A DNA stretch of 64,000 nucleotides from Macrostomum lignano (GCA_002269645.1 NIVC01002993.1:1-64000), one strand, 5' to 3'. Counted from the stretch's first letter, positions 23,559 through 36,978 are shown. Program-made: numbers and translations. Notes: generated by a model not told the origin, from the letters alone.

Positions 23559-24532
23559 GGTCCTCCGATTCACGTCCCCGAGGGCCAAAAAGTCACAGAG
23601 AGTGCACACGCCTGATGATTAGAAAGTCAAAGGACCGCTGTACACCTTGCATGTGCTCAGGGGTCAGCCCCAGGAGCGGCAGTACTGATTAGTATGCTTA
23701 TTAATATTATCAATATTATAGTCTGTGAAGCGGGCACTCCATTTTCTGTCTTCATTCTGATGTGAAAAGCCCTTCGCAGAGAATAGCAATTTCACGAACT
23801 AGGCTAAGAAGAGCATGAATGATGCAGGCCATGCAATTCAAGGGTCCATGCTTCTTTAGTCGTATTGTAGTCTTTTGTTATCTGCCTCGTTCTGACCTGT
23901 GATCTGCGGTCTCTAGCCAGCGGGTCGAAGGTCGGAGGTTTAGGATCTAAAAAAAACCCATTTCAAACAAGACTCTATCATCTTCATCGAGAAAAAAATC
24001 CATCCATCTATGATCTATGCATGAAAAAGAGTTGAGTGTTCTGTGCCAGCTCAACGTGTCCAACTTGGATCCCCTATGTAATCATTGCTCATTAATATTA
24101 TAATATTATAATTAGCTAACAAAAGGCAATGCCGCCCCCCGCTCCTTTGCTGCAGCTACTGCTGGTGGGTGTTCTGTGGCTCAGTTTGCCTTATTTAGTT
24201 TTTTCTTACCTTTTCTCTTCTGCTTTTCTGACGCTGCGGTCTTTCTCTCCCCCCCCCCAGCATAAATTTATTCCCTTGCTAAATTATGTCTGCGCTGGAT
24301 CTGCTCTTTGTATAGTAGTTAGCCCGGAAAATTAGTCTTTGTTCTCCCAAGATATCAGGATAGCTGTATGGCCAACAATTATCCGTATTGTAAACCCGGT
24401 GTGCCTTTTTTAAACACTTATGGGCAAGTTGTAGTGGCCGGCTTGACTAACCCACTGACTAATGCTGATCTCCGATCTGATTTGCCAGCTGGGTTTATTA
24501 CTGCGTCAGCGTTACTGGTATATATAGAAGAC

Positions 24533-25405
24533 TCCAGATCCCATTCCTGATCCCGTTCCTGATCCCGTTCCTGATCCCGTTCCTGATCCCGTTCCTGATC
24601 CCGACTCCAGATCCTATTCCAGATCCCATTCCTGATCCCGACTCCAGATCCCATTCCTGATCCCGACTCCAGATCTCATTCCTGATCCCGACTCCAGATC
24701 CTATTCCAGATCCCATTCCTGATCCCGACTCCAGATCCAATTCCTGATCCCGACTCCTTATCCCGTTCCTGATCCCGTTCCTGATCCCGACTCCAGATCC
24801 CGACTCCAGATCCCATTCCTGATCCCGACTCCAGATCCCATTCCTGATCCCGACTCCAGATCCCATTCCTGATCCCGACTCCAGATCTCATTCCTGATCC
24901 CGACTCCAGATCCCATTCCTGATCCCGACTCCAGATCTCATTCCTGATCCCGACTCCAGATCCTATTCCAGATCCCATTCCTGATCCCGACTCCAGATCC
25001 AATTCCTGATCCCGACTCCTGATCCCATTCCTGATCCCGACTCCAGATCCCATTCCTGATCCCGACTCCAGATCCCATTCTTGATCCCATTCCGGATCCC
25101 ATTCCAGATCCCTACTCCCAGATCCCATTCCAGATCCCGACTCCCAGATCCCATTCCAGATCCCGACTCCCAGATCCCATTCCTGATCCCGACTCCCAGA
25201 TCCCATTCCAGATCCCGACTCCAGATCCCATTCCTGATCCCGACTCCAGATCCCATTCTTGATCCCATTCCGGATCCCATTCCGGATCCCATTCCAGATC
25301 CCGACTCCCAGATCCCATTCCAGATCCCGACTTCCAGATCCCATTCCAGATCCCGACTCCCAGATCCCATTCCTGATCCCGACTCGAGATCCCATTCCTG
25401 ATCCC
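24533..25405. repeat. GATCCC-based minisatellite (GATCCCATTCCTGATCCCGACTCCA)
   Basis: Tandem units; source of the GSGVGIRNG ORFs. Confidence 0.95.
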
Positions 25406-25853
25406 GATCGCTCTACATATCATTACTGACCCTAAATCCGATGCCGCCAGTCCCAACCCGCGATCCCGGTCCCGATGCCGCCAGTCCCAACCCGCGATCC
25501 CGGTCCCGATGCCCCCAGTCCCCCACCTGTTGCGGACGAGGATTTCCTCCCTAACCCAGCCCATTGATTAACTCTTCTTCTGGCTGCTCCGTTCTCTCCC
25601 GAACTGGCAGCTCAGTAGCTGCGCGCACAGCCGGGTTCGCAAATTGGGCATTTAGCGGCTTTAGAATATTGGCTCGCATCTCATTTATCTCGGTTTCGCA
25701 TATAGCATGTATGGTATTATGCCAGTAGTATAGTATTAATATATAATATATCCATACTTATTAGACTAACTAATCATAATGATAATCAGTCTTAGCCAAT
25801 TCTGTTCATCTTCTACTTTTGCAGATGCTCAGAAAAAAATAATGGTGAGAAAT

Positions 25854-25857
<4 letters not shown>

Positions 25858-25909
<52 letters not shown>

Positions 25910-26028
25910 GAGCTATCGTTCTCTCATCCTTTCTCTCGCTGACTCCCCCCACGCCCTACCTAATTAATTATGCATCCCTCGCTCTTTTGGCAAGCGGCCG
26001 CGCTCACTGTGACCCTCCCCCCCTCGTG

Positions 26029-26073
<45 letters not shown>
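25858..26073. repeat. (GA)n microsatellite at 25858-25897 and (CTG)n microsatellite at about 26030-26073
   Basis: Perfect short-unit runs. Confidence 0.95.
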
Positions 26074-26076
<3 letters not shown>

Positions 26077-26309
26077 ATGATGCGAGCACTACAGAACAGC
26101 CCTTGGCGCCAGTTTGTGCGTGTGTGTGTGTTTGAGTAATACGACTTAATCATCCTGTACCAGACCAGATATGGAATATGTTTATATATACAAGATGCAT
26201 ACAAGGAATAATATTGGGGATAGAGTCAGCTATACTGTTCAAGCATGAGGAATAGAAATTGTGGTAATTAATATCTACACATTTTTATTGGATTTTGGGG
26301 GTTCACAAC

Positions 26310-27110
26310 CCCTAAACTTTACAAATCATAAACTTCACAAATCATAACCTTCACAAGCCCCAGACTTCACAAGCCCCAGACTTCACAACCCCTAAACTCC
26401 ACAAACCCCAAACTTCACAACCCCTAAACTCCACAAACTATAAACTTCACAATCCCTAAACTTCACAAACCATAAACATCAATTTCACAAAGCATAGACT
26501 TCACAAACCGCAAACTTCACAAACCATAGACTTCACAAACCATAAACTTCACAACCCCTAAACTTCACAAACCATAAACTTCACAAACCATAAAATTCAC
26601 AAACCATAAAATTCACAAACCATAAAATTCACAAACCATAAACTTCACAAACCCATAAACTTCACAAACCCATAAACTTCACAACCCCTTAACTTCACAA
26701 GCCATAAACTTCACAAGCCATAAACTTCACAAGCCATAAACTTCACAACCCCTAAACTTCACAACCCTTAAACTTCACAAAGCATAAACTTCACAAGCCA
26801 TAAACTTCACAACCCCTAAACTTCACAAACCCTAAACTTCACAACCCCTTAACTTCACAAAGCATAAACTTCACAAGCCATAAACTTCACAACCCCTAAA
26901 CTTCACAAAGCATAAACTTCACAAGCCATAAACTTCACAACCCCTAAACTTCACAAACCCTAAACTTCACAACCCCTTAACTTCACAAAGCATAAACTTC
27001 ACAAACTTTAAGCTTCACAAACCCTAAACTTCACAAAGCATAAACTTCACAAACCATAAACTTAACAAACCTCTAAGCTTCATAAACCCCTAAATTTCAT
27101 AAACTATAAA
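26310..27110. repeat. 15-16 bp minisatellite (AAACTTCACAAACCAT-like)
   Basis: Tandem units; shares the reverse complement of the TTTGTGAAG core of the 22730 array. Confidence 0.93.
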
Positions 27111-27539
27111 TTAGTAACTTTTAAGTTTGTGAAAGCATTCCGTTATTAGGGCTGCTTTATGACAGCTTACAATCGGTTGTCGCGGCAAAAACACTGCTGA
27201 ATTACGACTCTTGTGTATTTTATTGGCGATTTTATTGCTATATTTGCTTATGGATATTGGATGGGGTTGGGAACCAGTTATAACTATCAACCGTCCTGTT
27301 CTCATCTTTCCCCTCTCCTCTTCTCATTAATCCAACCCGCATCTTGCGCGCTTTTTTACGACAGTTTTTTGGTAGTTTTAGCAAACTGCACCCATTAAAA
27401 TGCTGTCAATGGGCGGGTATGTAGCTTCATGCTTTGTCATTTATTAGCATTTTTATAGTGTTAACAATGAGTGCAGGTAATAGCTGGTTAGTGGATATTC
27501 AGTTCATTGAATGTTTATGGAATTTAGTTTGAATAATTC

Positions 27540-27837
27540 AGGCGTGCAGTAGGCAGGTAGGTAACCACATGATCCACTGAATACTCAGGTGTGCAGTAGG
27601 CAGGTAGGTAGCCACATGATCCACTGAATACTCAGGTGTGCAGTAGGCAGGTAGGTAACCACATGATCCACTGAATACTCAGGTGTGCAGTAGGCAGGTA
27701 GATGGCCACAACCCACTGAATACTCAGGTGTGCAGTAGGCAGGTAGGTAGCCTGCCTACATGACCCACTGAATACTCAGGTGTGCAGTAGGCAGGTAGGT
27801 AGCCTGCCTACATGACCCACTGAATACTCAGGTGTGC
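27540..27837. repeat. About 6 copies of a 43-54 bp unit (AGGTGTGCAGTAGGCAGGTAG...CCACTGAATACTC)
   Basis: Conserved flanks around a variable middle. Confidence 0.9.
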
Positions 27838-28359
27838 ATTGACAATGATAACATGATGATAACATTGACAAGTTAGAGAAAAATGAATAAAATGGGTAAA
27901 AGTTTTCAAGTTTTATAACTTAGCGAGAGAACTCTTATTAAACAGTGTTAAGGACTTGGCATCGCCTATGGAGAAAATCTTACAAAATAGTATTGTTAAA
28001 CAACTGAAATTTCTTTCTGTCTGAGAACTGCTCATCTAGTGAATTATCGGTCCATTTGGCACGGAGAATTCTATCCCAAACACCAATTCCTTCCCCTCAA
28101 CTCGGTGCTACTGCCATTGTTTGGCTTCAGGTTGGCACCTGTTGCTACCTGCTACTGCCTATTTATCCATTCTCAAGTGCTGTGCTGGGAGTTTTGAGCC
28201 ATTTTTTTTCAATGTGGCTCCTCAATAGTCATCAGGCTTATGCAGCAGTCGACACGGCCGGCTAAATCACAAAAATTGACAGCTCACATTTTTAGCTAAA
28301 GGAAGGCTGGTGGCGCAGCCATCTGACACGTAGAAAATTTTATAGCGACTCTGAGCTAT

Positions 28360-29738
28360 AGTTCACAGACTGGATAGTTCACAGACTGGATATTTCACAG
28401 ACTGGATATTTCACAGACTGGATATTTCACAGACTGGATAGTTCACAGACTGGATATTTCACAGACTGGATATTTCACAGACTGGATAGTTCACAGACTG
28501 GATAGTTCACAGACTGGATAGTTCACAGACTGGATAGTTCACAGACTGGATATTTCACAGACTGGATAGTTCACAGACTGGATAGTTCACAGACTGGATA
28601 GTTCACAGACTGGATATTTCACAGACTGGATATTTCACAGACTGGACAGTTCACAGACTGGATATTTCACAGACTGGATAGTTCACAGACTGGATAGTTC
28701 ACAGACTGGATAGTTCACAGACTGGATAGTTCACAGACTGGATAGTTCACAGACTGGATATTTCACAGACTGGATAGTTCACAGACTGGATAGTTCACAG
28801 ACTGGATAGTTCACAGACTGGATATTTCACAGACTGGATATTTCACAGACTGGACAGTTCACAGACTGGATATTTCACAGACTGGATAGTTCACAGACTG
28901 GATATTTCACAGACTGGATATTTCACAGACTGGATATTTCACAGACTGGATATTTCACAGACTGGATATTTCACAGACTGGATATTTCACAGACTGGATA
29001 TTTCACAGACTGGATATTTCACAGACTGGATATTTCACAGACTGGATATTTCACAGACTGGATAGTTCACAGACTGGATATTTCACAGACTGGATATTTC
29101 ACAGACTGGATAGTTCACAGACTGGATATTTCACAGACTGGATATTTCACAGACTGGATATTTCACAGACTGGATATTTCACAGACTGGATATTTCACAG
29201 ACTGGACAGTTCACAGACTGGATAGTTCACAGACTGGATATTTCACAGACTGGATATTTCACAGACTGGATATTTCACAGACTGGACAGTTCACAGACTG
29301 GATATTTCACAGACTGGATATTTCACAGACTGGATATTTCACAGACTGGATATTTCACAGACTGGATATTTCACAGACTGGATATTTCACAGACTGGATA
29401 TTTCACAGACTGGATATTTCACAGACTGGATATTTCACAGACTGGACAGTTCACAGACTGGATATTTCACAGACTGGATATTTCACAGACTGGACAGTTC
29501 ACAGACTGGATAGTTCACAGACTGGATAGTTCACAGACTGGACAGTTCACAGACTGGATATTTCACAGACTGGATATTTCACAGACTGGACAGTTCACAG
29601 ACTGGATATTTCACAGACTGGATAGTTCACAGACTGGATAGTTCACAGACTGGATATTTCACAGACTGGATAGTTCACAGACTGGATATTTCACAGACTG
29701 GATATTTCACAGACTGGATATTTCACAGACTGAATATG
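28360..29738. repeat. 16-bp minisatellite (GGATATTTCACAGACT/GGATAGTTCACAGACT)
   Basis: Very homogeneous tandem array. Confidence 0.97.
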
Positions 29739-30377
29739 TCACAACGGGCTTTTTCCTTTGGAACTAGGGAGACAGAAGTCTACCATTGTTCTATACACTC
29801 ATTCCTGTGGGTTTTCTATATCTACCAGACCTCTCTTCCTTCCTACTCTCTTCTAGCAGAAGAAGAATCAAAATATCACGTGTAAGCAGGGCTTGAATAT
29901 TAAGGCAAAAACCTGACCGACGACCCCCCCCCCCCTGCGGTTTTTGTTGCCACCTTTTGTGCTGCAGTTTTCAAAAGGTTTCTCTCTAAAGCAAATTTCA
30001 GCGATAAATAAAGATATATATATTATGTAGAGGCATGGGCAACTGCAAGGTACCTTGCTTTTGCGCAATCTACCCCCGGTTTGGGCGCTGGGTAGTACGC
30101 TTGATAAGCAAGCATAAACTGATTGCGCAATCCTATTTTTGCCATTTTGCGAGGCCGGCTGCTTTAAATGTTACTTATTGCAAGCTATAGTGCGCGCAGA
30201 GCTAGTCACTTGCTGCTCTGTGCTTTTGGTATTGCATAATTGGTAGTTTATGTAAAATGCTAATAAGTGACAGATTAACTTGCTTATATCAAACTGACAA
30301 CTGCTATTCGATATTTATTCATCTCTCATATTCTGTCCCTGCTGTCTGAATCTCATATATCATTCTCAGGTCTTTTC

Positions 30378-31290
30378 TCTCCCTCTCCCCTCTCCCCTCC
30401 GTCTCCCCCCTCCGTCTCTCCCCTCCGTCTCTCCCCTCCGTCTCTCCCATCTTCCCTCAGTCTCTCCCCTCTTCCCTCAGTCTCTCCCCTCTTCCTCAGT
30501 CTCTCTCCTCTTCCCTCAGTCTCTCCCCTCTTCCCTCAGTCTCTCTCCTCTTCCCTCAGTCTTTCCCCTCTTCCCTCAGTCTCTCTCCTCTTCCCTCAGT
30601 CTCTCCCCTCTTCCCCCAGTCTCTCTCCTCTTCCCTCAGTCTCTCCCCTCTTCCCTCAGTCTCTCTCCTCTTCCCTCAGTCTCTCCCCTCTTCCCTCAGT
30701 CTCTCCCATCTTCCCTCAGTCTCTCCCATCTTCTCTCAGTCTCTCCCATCTTCTCTCAGTCTCTCCCCTCTTCCCTCAGTCTCTCCCATCTTCCCTCAGT
30801 CTCTCCCCTCTTCCCCAGTCTCTCCCCTCTTCCCCAGTCTCTCCCATCCTCTCTGTTTCTCCCCTCTTCCCTCAGTTTCTCCCCTCTTCCCTCAGTCTCT
30901 CCCATCTTCTCTCAGTCTCTCCCTCTTCCCTCAGTCTCTCCCCTCTTCCCTCAGTCTCTCCCATCTTCTCTCAGTTTCTCTCCTCTTCCCTCAGTCTCTC
31001 CCCTCTTCCCTCAGTCTCTCCCCTCTTCCCTCAGTCTCTCCCCTCTTCCCTCAGTCTCTCCCCTCTTCCCCAGTCTCTCCCCTCTTCCCTCAGTCTCTCC
31101 CCTCTTCCCTCAGTCTCTCCCCTCTTCCCTCAGTCTATCCCCTCTTCCCCAGTCTCTCCCCTCTTCCCCAGTCTCTCCCCTCTTCCCCAGTCTCTCCCCT
31201 CTTCCCTCAGTCTATCCCCTCTTCCCCAGTCTCTCCCCTCTTCCCCAGTCTCTCCCCTCTTCCCTCAGTCTCTCTCCCTTTCTCCCTCTC
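30378..31290. repeat. 20-bp pyrimidine-rich minisatellite (CTCTCCCCTCTTCCCTCAGT)
   Basis: Tandem units visible directly. Confidence 0.95.
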
Positions 31291-31844
31291 CCCTCCTTCG
31301 CTCCTTCGTTGACGCTCTTTCTCTCATCTCTCTGTCTACCCTTATCACTTATCTTTTGGCAATAAATCATGATTTTCATTAAGATATAAATTAGCAAAAG
31401 TTACTCCCTTCCTGTCAAGCGCCCGTATGAGAACCGGCTCTTTCATCTGACTTCCTCTTCTCCCTCTGACTCCCTCGCTAAGCTAAGAGAAAAAACTTCA
31501 GACAGAGAATCGGACAAAGCGGCAACGCCACCGGCACGTTGCTTAAATTGTGTAGATTTTCAGATTTTTTCCTGCCAGACACGTGACATTTTTATGATTT
31601 GTTTACACAAAAATTACAGAACCAACTGGCCGCCTCTTGCAGCATTTATTAGGCCCGCTAATTTAGCTCGTGCCAGTCTATTTTTAGCTCATTGCGTTTG
31701 GCTTTACAACTGACTGTGACGCAACGGGTGTTTAGGGGGGGGGGTGAGCGCATTCTGTAAGGTTGACATTCTGGCCACAGCTTTTAGACTTAATTGTGAA
31801 ACCTATGCCGCCAGCTAGATAATTTTATATGTAGCTCTCTCTCC

Positions 31845-34215
31845 TTCTCTCCTCTCCGTCTTTCCTTCTGTCTTCCCCTTTCTGTCTTTCCCTCTCTGCC
31901 TTCCCTTCTCTGTCTTCCCCTCCCTGTCTTCCCTCCCTGTCTCCCCTCTCTGTCTTCCCTCCCTATCTTCCCCTTTCTGTCTTCCCCTCCCTGTCTTCCC
32001 CTTTCTGTCTTCCCCTCCCTGTCTTCCCCTCCCTGTCTCCCCTCTCTGTCTTCCCTCCCTATCTTCCCCTTTCTGTCTTCCCCTCCCTGTCTTCCCCTTT
32101 CTGTCTTCCCCTCCCTGTCTTCCCCTTTCTGTCTTCCCCTCCCTGTCTTCCCTCCCTGTCTCCCCTCTCTGTCTTCCCTCCCTATCTTCCCCTTTCTGTC
32201 TTTCCCTCTCTGTCTTCCCCTCTCTGTCTTCCTTCTCTGCCTTCTTTCCCTGTCTTTCCTTCTGTTTTCCTGTCCCTGTCTTCCTTCTCTGTTTTCCCCT
32301 TCTGTCTTCTCCTCCCTGTCTTCCCTCCTTGTCTTCCCCTCCCTGTCTTCCCCTCCCTGTCTTCCCCTCTCTGTCTTCCTTCCCTATCTTCCCTTCTGTT
32401 TTCCCCTCCTGTCTTCCCTCCCTGTCTTCCCCTTTCTGTCTTCCCCTCCCTGTCTTCCCTCCCTGTCTTCCCCTCCCTGTCTTCCCTCCCTGTCTTCCCT
32501 CCCTGTCTTCCCTCCCTGTCTTCCCCTTTCTGTCTTCCCTCCCTGTCTTCCCTTCCCTGTCTTCCCTCCCTGTCTTCCCCTTTCTGTCTTCCCTCCCTGT
32601 CTTCCCTCCCTGTCTTCCTTCCCTATCTTCCCTTCTGTTTTCCCCTCCTGTCTTCCCTCCCTGTCTTCCCATCTCTGTCTTCCCCTCCCTGTCTCCCCTT
32701 TCTGTCTTCCCCTCCCTGTCTTCCCTCCCTGTCTTCCCCTCCCTGTCTTCCCTCCCTGTCTTCCCTCCCTGTCTTCCCTCCCTGTCTCCCCTCCCTGTCT
32801 CCCCTCCCTGTCTTCCCTCCCTGTCTTCCCTCCCTGTCTTCCCTCCCTGTCTTCCCTCCCTGTCTTCCCCTTTCTGTCTTCCCTCCCTGTCTTCCCTCCC
32901 TGTCTTCCCTCCCTGTCTTCCCTCCCTGTCTTCCCTCCCTGTCTTCCCTCCCTGTCTTCCCTCCCTGTCTTCCCTCCCTGTCTTCCCTCCCTGTCTTCCC
33001 TCCCTGTCTTCCCCTTTCTGTCTTCCCTCCCTGTCTTCCCTCCCTGTCTTCCCTCCCTGTCTTCCCTCCCTGTCTTCCCTCCCTGTCTTCCCTCCCTGTC
33101 TTCCCTCCCTGTCTCCCCTCCCTGTCTTCCCTCCATGTCTTCGCCTCTCTGTCTTCCCCTCTCTGTCTTCCTTCCCTATCTTCCCTTCTGTTTTCCCTCC
33201 CTGTCTTCCTTCCCTGTCTTCCCTCCCTGTCTTCCCTCCCTGTCTTCCCTCCCTGTCTTCCCTCCCTGTCTTCCCTCCCTGTCTTCCCTTCCCTGTCTTC
33301 CCTCCCTGTCTTCCCTCCCTGTCTTCCCTCCCTGTCTTCCCTTCCCTGTCTTCCCTCCCTGTCTTCCCTCCCTGTCTTCCCTCCCTGTCTTCCCTCCCTG
33401 TCTCCCCTCCCTGTCTTCCCTTCCCTGTCTTCCCTCCATGTCTTCCCTTCCCTGTCTTCCCTCCCTGTCTTCCCTCCCTGTCTTCCCTCCCTGTCTTCCC
33501 TTCCCTGTCTTCCCTCCATGTCTTCGCCTCTCTGTCTTCCCCTCTCTGTCTTCCTTCCCTATCTTCCCTTCTGTTTTCCCTCCCTGTCTTCCTTCCCTGT
33601 CTTCCCTCCCTGTCTTCCCTTCCCTGTCTTCCCTCCCTGTCTTCCCTCCCTGTCTTCCCTCCCTGTCTTCCCTTCCCTGTCTTCCCTCCCTGTCTTCCCT
33701 CCCTGTCTTCCCTCCCTGTCTTCCCTTCCCTGTCTTCCCTCCCTGTCTTCCCTCCCTGTCTTCCCTCCCTGTCTCCCCTCCCTGTCTCCCCTCCCTGTCT
33801 TCCCTCCATGTCTTCGCCTCTCTGTCTTCCCCTCTCTGTCTTCCTTCCCTATCTTCCCTTCTGTTTTCCCTCCCTGTCTTCCTTCCCTGTCTTCCCTCCC
33901 TGTCTTCCCTCCCTGTCTTCCCTCCCTGTCTTCCCTCCCTGTCTTCCCCTTTCTGTCTTCCCTTCCCTGTCTTCCCTCCCTGTCTTCCCTCCCTGTCTTC
34001 CCTCCCTGTCTCCCCTCCCTGTCTCCCCTCCCTGTCTCCCCTCCCTGTCTTCCCTCCCTGTCTTCCCTCCCTGTCTTCCCTTCCCTGTCTTCCCTCCCTG
34101 TCTTCCCTCCCTGTCTTCCCTCCCTGTCTTCCCTCCCTGTCTCCCCTCCCTGTCTTCCCTCCATGTCTTTGCCTCTCTGTCTTCCTTCTTTGTCTTCCCC
34201 TTCCTGTCTTTCTCT
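31845..34215. repeat. 13-bp pyrimidine-rich satellite (CCCTCCCTGTCTT)
   Basis: Tandem units ending about 55 nt before the E78 exon-2 acceptor. Source of ORFs such as 31815..33809 and 32329..34221. Confidence 0.97.
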
Positions 34216-34272
34216 AAGTAATAAATAATAAATAACGGAAAACGCTAAAGAAAAATGGCATAAAAAACACAG

Positions 34273-34672
34273 GCAGCTGAAGGCCGAGATCTCCGCCCGG
34301 ACGGTCTCGAAGAGCACAGGCTCGGCATGCACCAGGCCCTCTCGCACCTGCTTGTGCCGTGCATCGAGCAGACTGTAGAATTCGCCAAACGAGTGCCCGG
34401 CTTCGCTAAGTTCAGCCAGGACGACCAGCTGACTCTGATTAAGTCTTCGTTCATGGAGATCTGGCTGATGCAGCTGTCCCGCTGTTTTGCCGCCTGCCAG
34501 GCTGGCCGCCTCCTGCTGCCGGGCGGCCTGCTGGTCAGCCAGCAGGAGCTGGACTTTGTCTGGTCGCCAACGCTGCTCACCTCAATGCGCGACTACCTGC
34601 GGGCGCTTGACAGCCTGCAGCTCACCGAACGGGAAGTCGCGCTGCTGTGCGCCGTGGTGCTGACTAGGCCAG
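34273..34672 (+). CDS. E78: E78-like exon 2 (LBD helices 3-9)
   Basis: Acceptor ACACAG|GCA, phase 0. LBD signature VEFAKRVPGFAKFSQDDQLTLIK. Donor CCAG|GTCTGT, phase 1. Confidence 0.88.
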
Positions 34673-34723
34673 GTCTGTCGCTGGCATTGACTACCGGCTT
34701 TGGGATTCTCCGCTGCTGCACTG

Positions 34724-35212
34724 GGATCTAGGATCTGAGATCTAGGATCTAGGATCTGGGATCTAGGATCTGGGATCTGGGATCTAGGATCTGGGATCTA
34801 GGATCTAGGATCTAGGATCTAGGATCTGGGATCTAGGATCTGGGATCTAGGATCTAGGATCTGGGATCTGGGATCTAGGATCTGGGATCTAGGATCTGGG
34901 ATCTAGGATCTGGGATCTAGGATCTGGGATCTAGGATCTGGGATCTAGGATCTGGGATCTAGGATCTGGGATCTAGGATCTGGGATCTAGGATCTGGGAT
35001 CTAGGATCTGGGATCTAGGATCTGGGATCTAGGATCTGGGATCTAGGATCTGGGATCTAGGATCTGGGATCTAGGATCTGGGATCTAGGATCTGGGATCT
35101 AGGATCTGGGATCTAGGATCTGGGATCTAGGATCTGGGATCTAGGATCTGGGATCTAGGATCTGGGATCTAGGATCTGGGATCTAGGATCTGGGATCTAG
35201 GATCTGGGATCT
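34724..35212. repeat. GGATCTA/GGATCTG 7-mer (14-bp) satellite in E78 intron 2
   Basis: Tandem units visible directly. Confidence 0.97.
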
Positions 35213-35339
35213 GAGATTTAAAAACTTGATTTAGGATCTGATTGATTCTTTGTGCTGCACCTGATACGATTTTGCACTGGGGTCACGATCCCCAGACCTG
35301 ACGCAATGGGATCAGGCGTCATATTCTTATAATTATTCG

Positions 35340-35565
35340 CCATCCCATTCCTAATCCCATTCCTAATCCCATTCCTAATCCCATTCCTAATCCCATTCCT
35401 AATCCCATTCCTAATCCCATTCCTAATCCCATTCCTAATCCCATTCCTAATCCCATTCCTAATCCCATTCCTAATCCCATTCGCCACCCCATTCGCCATC
35501 CCATTCGCTATCCCATTCGCCATCCCATTCGCCATCCCATTCCTAATCCCAATAGCCATTCCCAT
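35340..35565. repeat. 12-bp CCCATTCCTAAT repeat abutting the E78 exon-3 acceptor
   Basis: Tandem units visible directly. Confidence 0.95.
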
Positions 35566-35574
35566 CTCCCGCAG

Positions 35575-35951
35575 ACCGGCCGGGCCTGGCCGGAGCCGAA
35601 GACGTGTCAGCGGTGCACGGCCGCCTGTTGAGCAGCCTGGGCCAGGAGCTCGAATCCCCAGGCGATCATCAGCTGACTGAGTCGGACGTGGCCAGACGGA
35701 AGTCGCGTCAGCCGTTGGGACTCGGCCAGCTGCACTGCGCCATGCGGCAGGCCAGCAGTCTGAGCCTGTCTGTGCACCACTGCATGCACTGGTACAGAGA
35801 GAACTGGCACAGAAGCCACCTGCCTCCGCTGTACTCGGAGATGTTCGACATACAGAAGAACAATGGCGCCATTAGCCAGCAGAGCCACCAGCAGCAGGTG
35901 CAGCAGCCGCCGCTGCCAGCAGCGTCCCAGCCCAGCTATCACCACCTCTGA
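35575..35951 (+). CDS. E78: E78-like exon 3 (LBD C-terminus)
   Basis: Acceptor CCCGCAG|AC completes the codon GAC (DRPGL). C-terminal WYRENWHRSHLPPLYSEMFDI matches the E78-type LPPLFAEIFDI end. The three exons total 1761 nt (586 aa). Confidence 0.88.
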
Positions 35952-36978
35952 TCCAAGGATCACTACGCCAGCAGGCTCCAACCAAGGACTACTAAAGTGT
36001 AGATAATTGGAAGGGGGTAGCTTCGTTTCTTAGAATTGTTTTTTTTGAAAGTAAATATGAAGTATATGAACAAAATGAAAAGTTCCTATCTCCGTAGTGT
36101 GTTTTTCGGCGAAAAGTGGCCTTCAAAACTTTTTCCATGAAACGTGAATGTCGCGTTCTGTATATACTTTATTTTGGAAACCAGGACTTAATAGAAAATA
36201 GTGTATTTGTCGGTTTACGTCATCGGCCTTCAAAACATTTTCCTAAGAAACGAAGCTCACCGTCCTTTTACAATCTTATGAACTGCGGTAGTTTAATCCT
36301 GTCCTTAATCAAAACCGAACACTGCCAACCTCTAAACTGACTGACACACCGCCATTGCTCTGTGGATTGAATTGTGTGTTGTTAATGCTATTGTGGTTTT
36401 AGTACAGCAGCTGAACGTGTGCCACTTGTTTCTCTGAGAAATAGTTCCTACTGACTACTTAGCAGTAGTTAATTAATTCAGAATGCGAATCTTGGCGTTT
36501 TATAACCGCCTACCTTGATACTATTAGTGTGCTTACTAATTTCGCCTGTAATACTCATTGATTTTACTCACTAAGCATATATATTTTTCTCATTAATATT
36601 TTGTGCAAATTTCTCAGTAGTCTGTCTGTGTGTTTTTTGTTTGTTTTTTTTCCCGCGTTTTACGTAGCTTAACTTATATATATATATATTATTATAATAC
36701 TTGCTGTTGTTGATCAAAATGTACTTTTCTGTTTGCATTGTGTCTGGCAATTCTACTCTCTGTTACCAATGACATATAGTTGGTCTTTTAGTCTAAAGCA
36801 GCTTAAATGTTAGACAAAGTATACATCTGACTGAGCCCGCGACTCAGGGATGTTGTCGATTATTTCTCTTTTTTTCTCGTGTTGTTTTTCCGTCTGTTTG
36901 TTTAAAAAGTCCGTCAGTGAAATCCGAGCTGTTTTTTAAGTGTTTTTCCTATAACCTTTGTTTTTGTTTCAATTGAAT

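Noticed and set aside
24368-24550. 60-aa ORF (MANNYPYC...) as a nested gene or alternative E78 exon
   Set aside because: No recognisable motif or convincing in-phase splice sites, and it runs into a satellite.
27540-27837. CRISPR-like repeat-spacer pattern
   Set aside because: The variable parts are short, related to each other and not unique spacers. The context is a eukaryotic intron with no cas genes.
31815-34228. Long ORFs on both strands (664 aa and 630 aa, plus several shorter ones)
   Set aside because: They are translations of the stop-free 13-bp CCCTCCCTGTCTT satellite inside the E78 intron.
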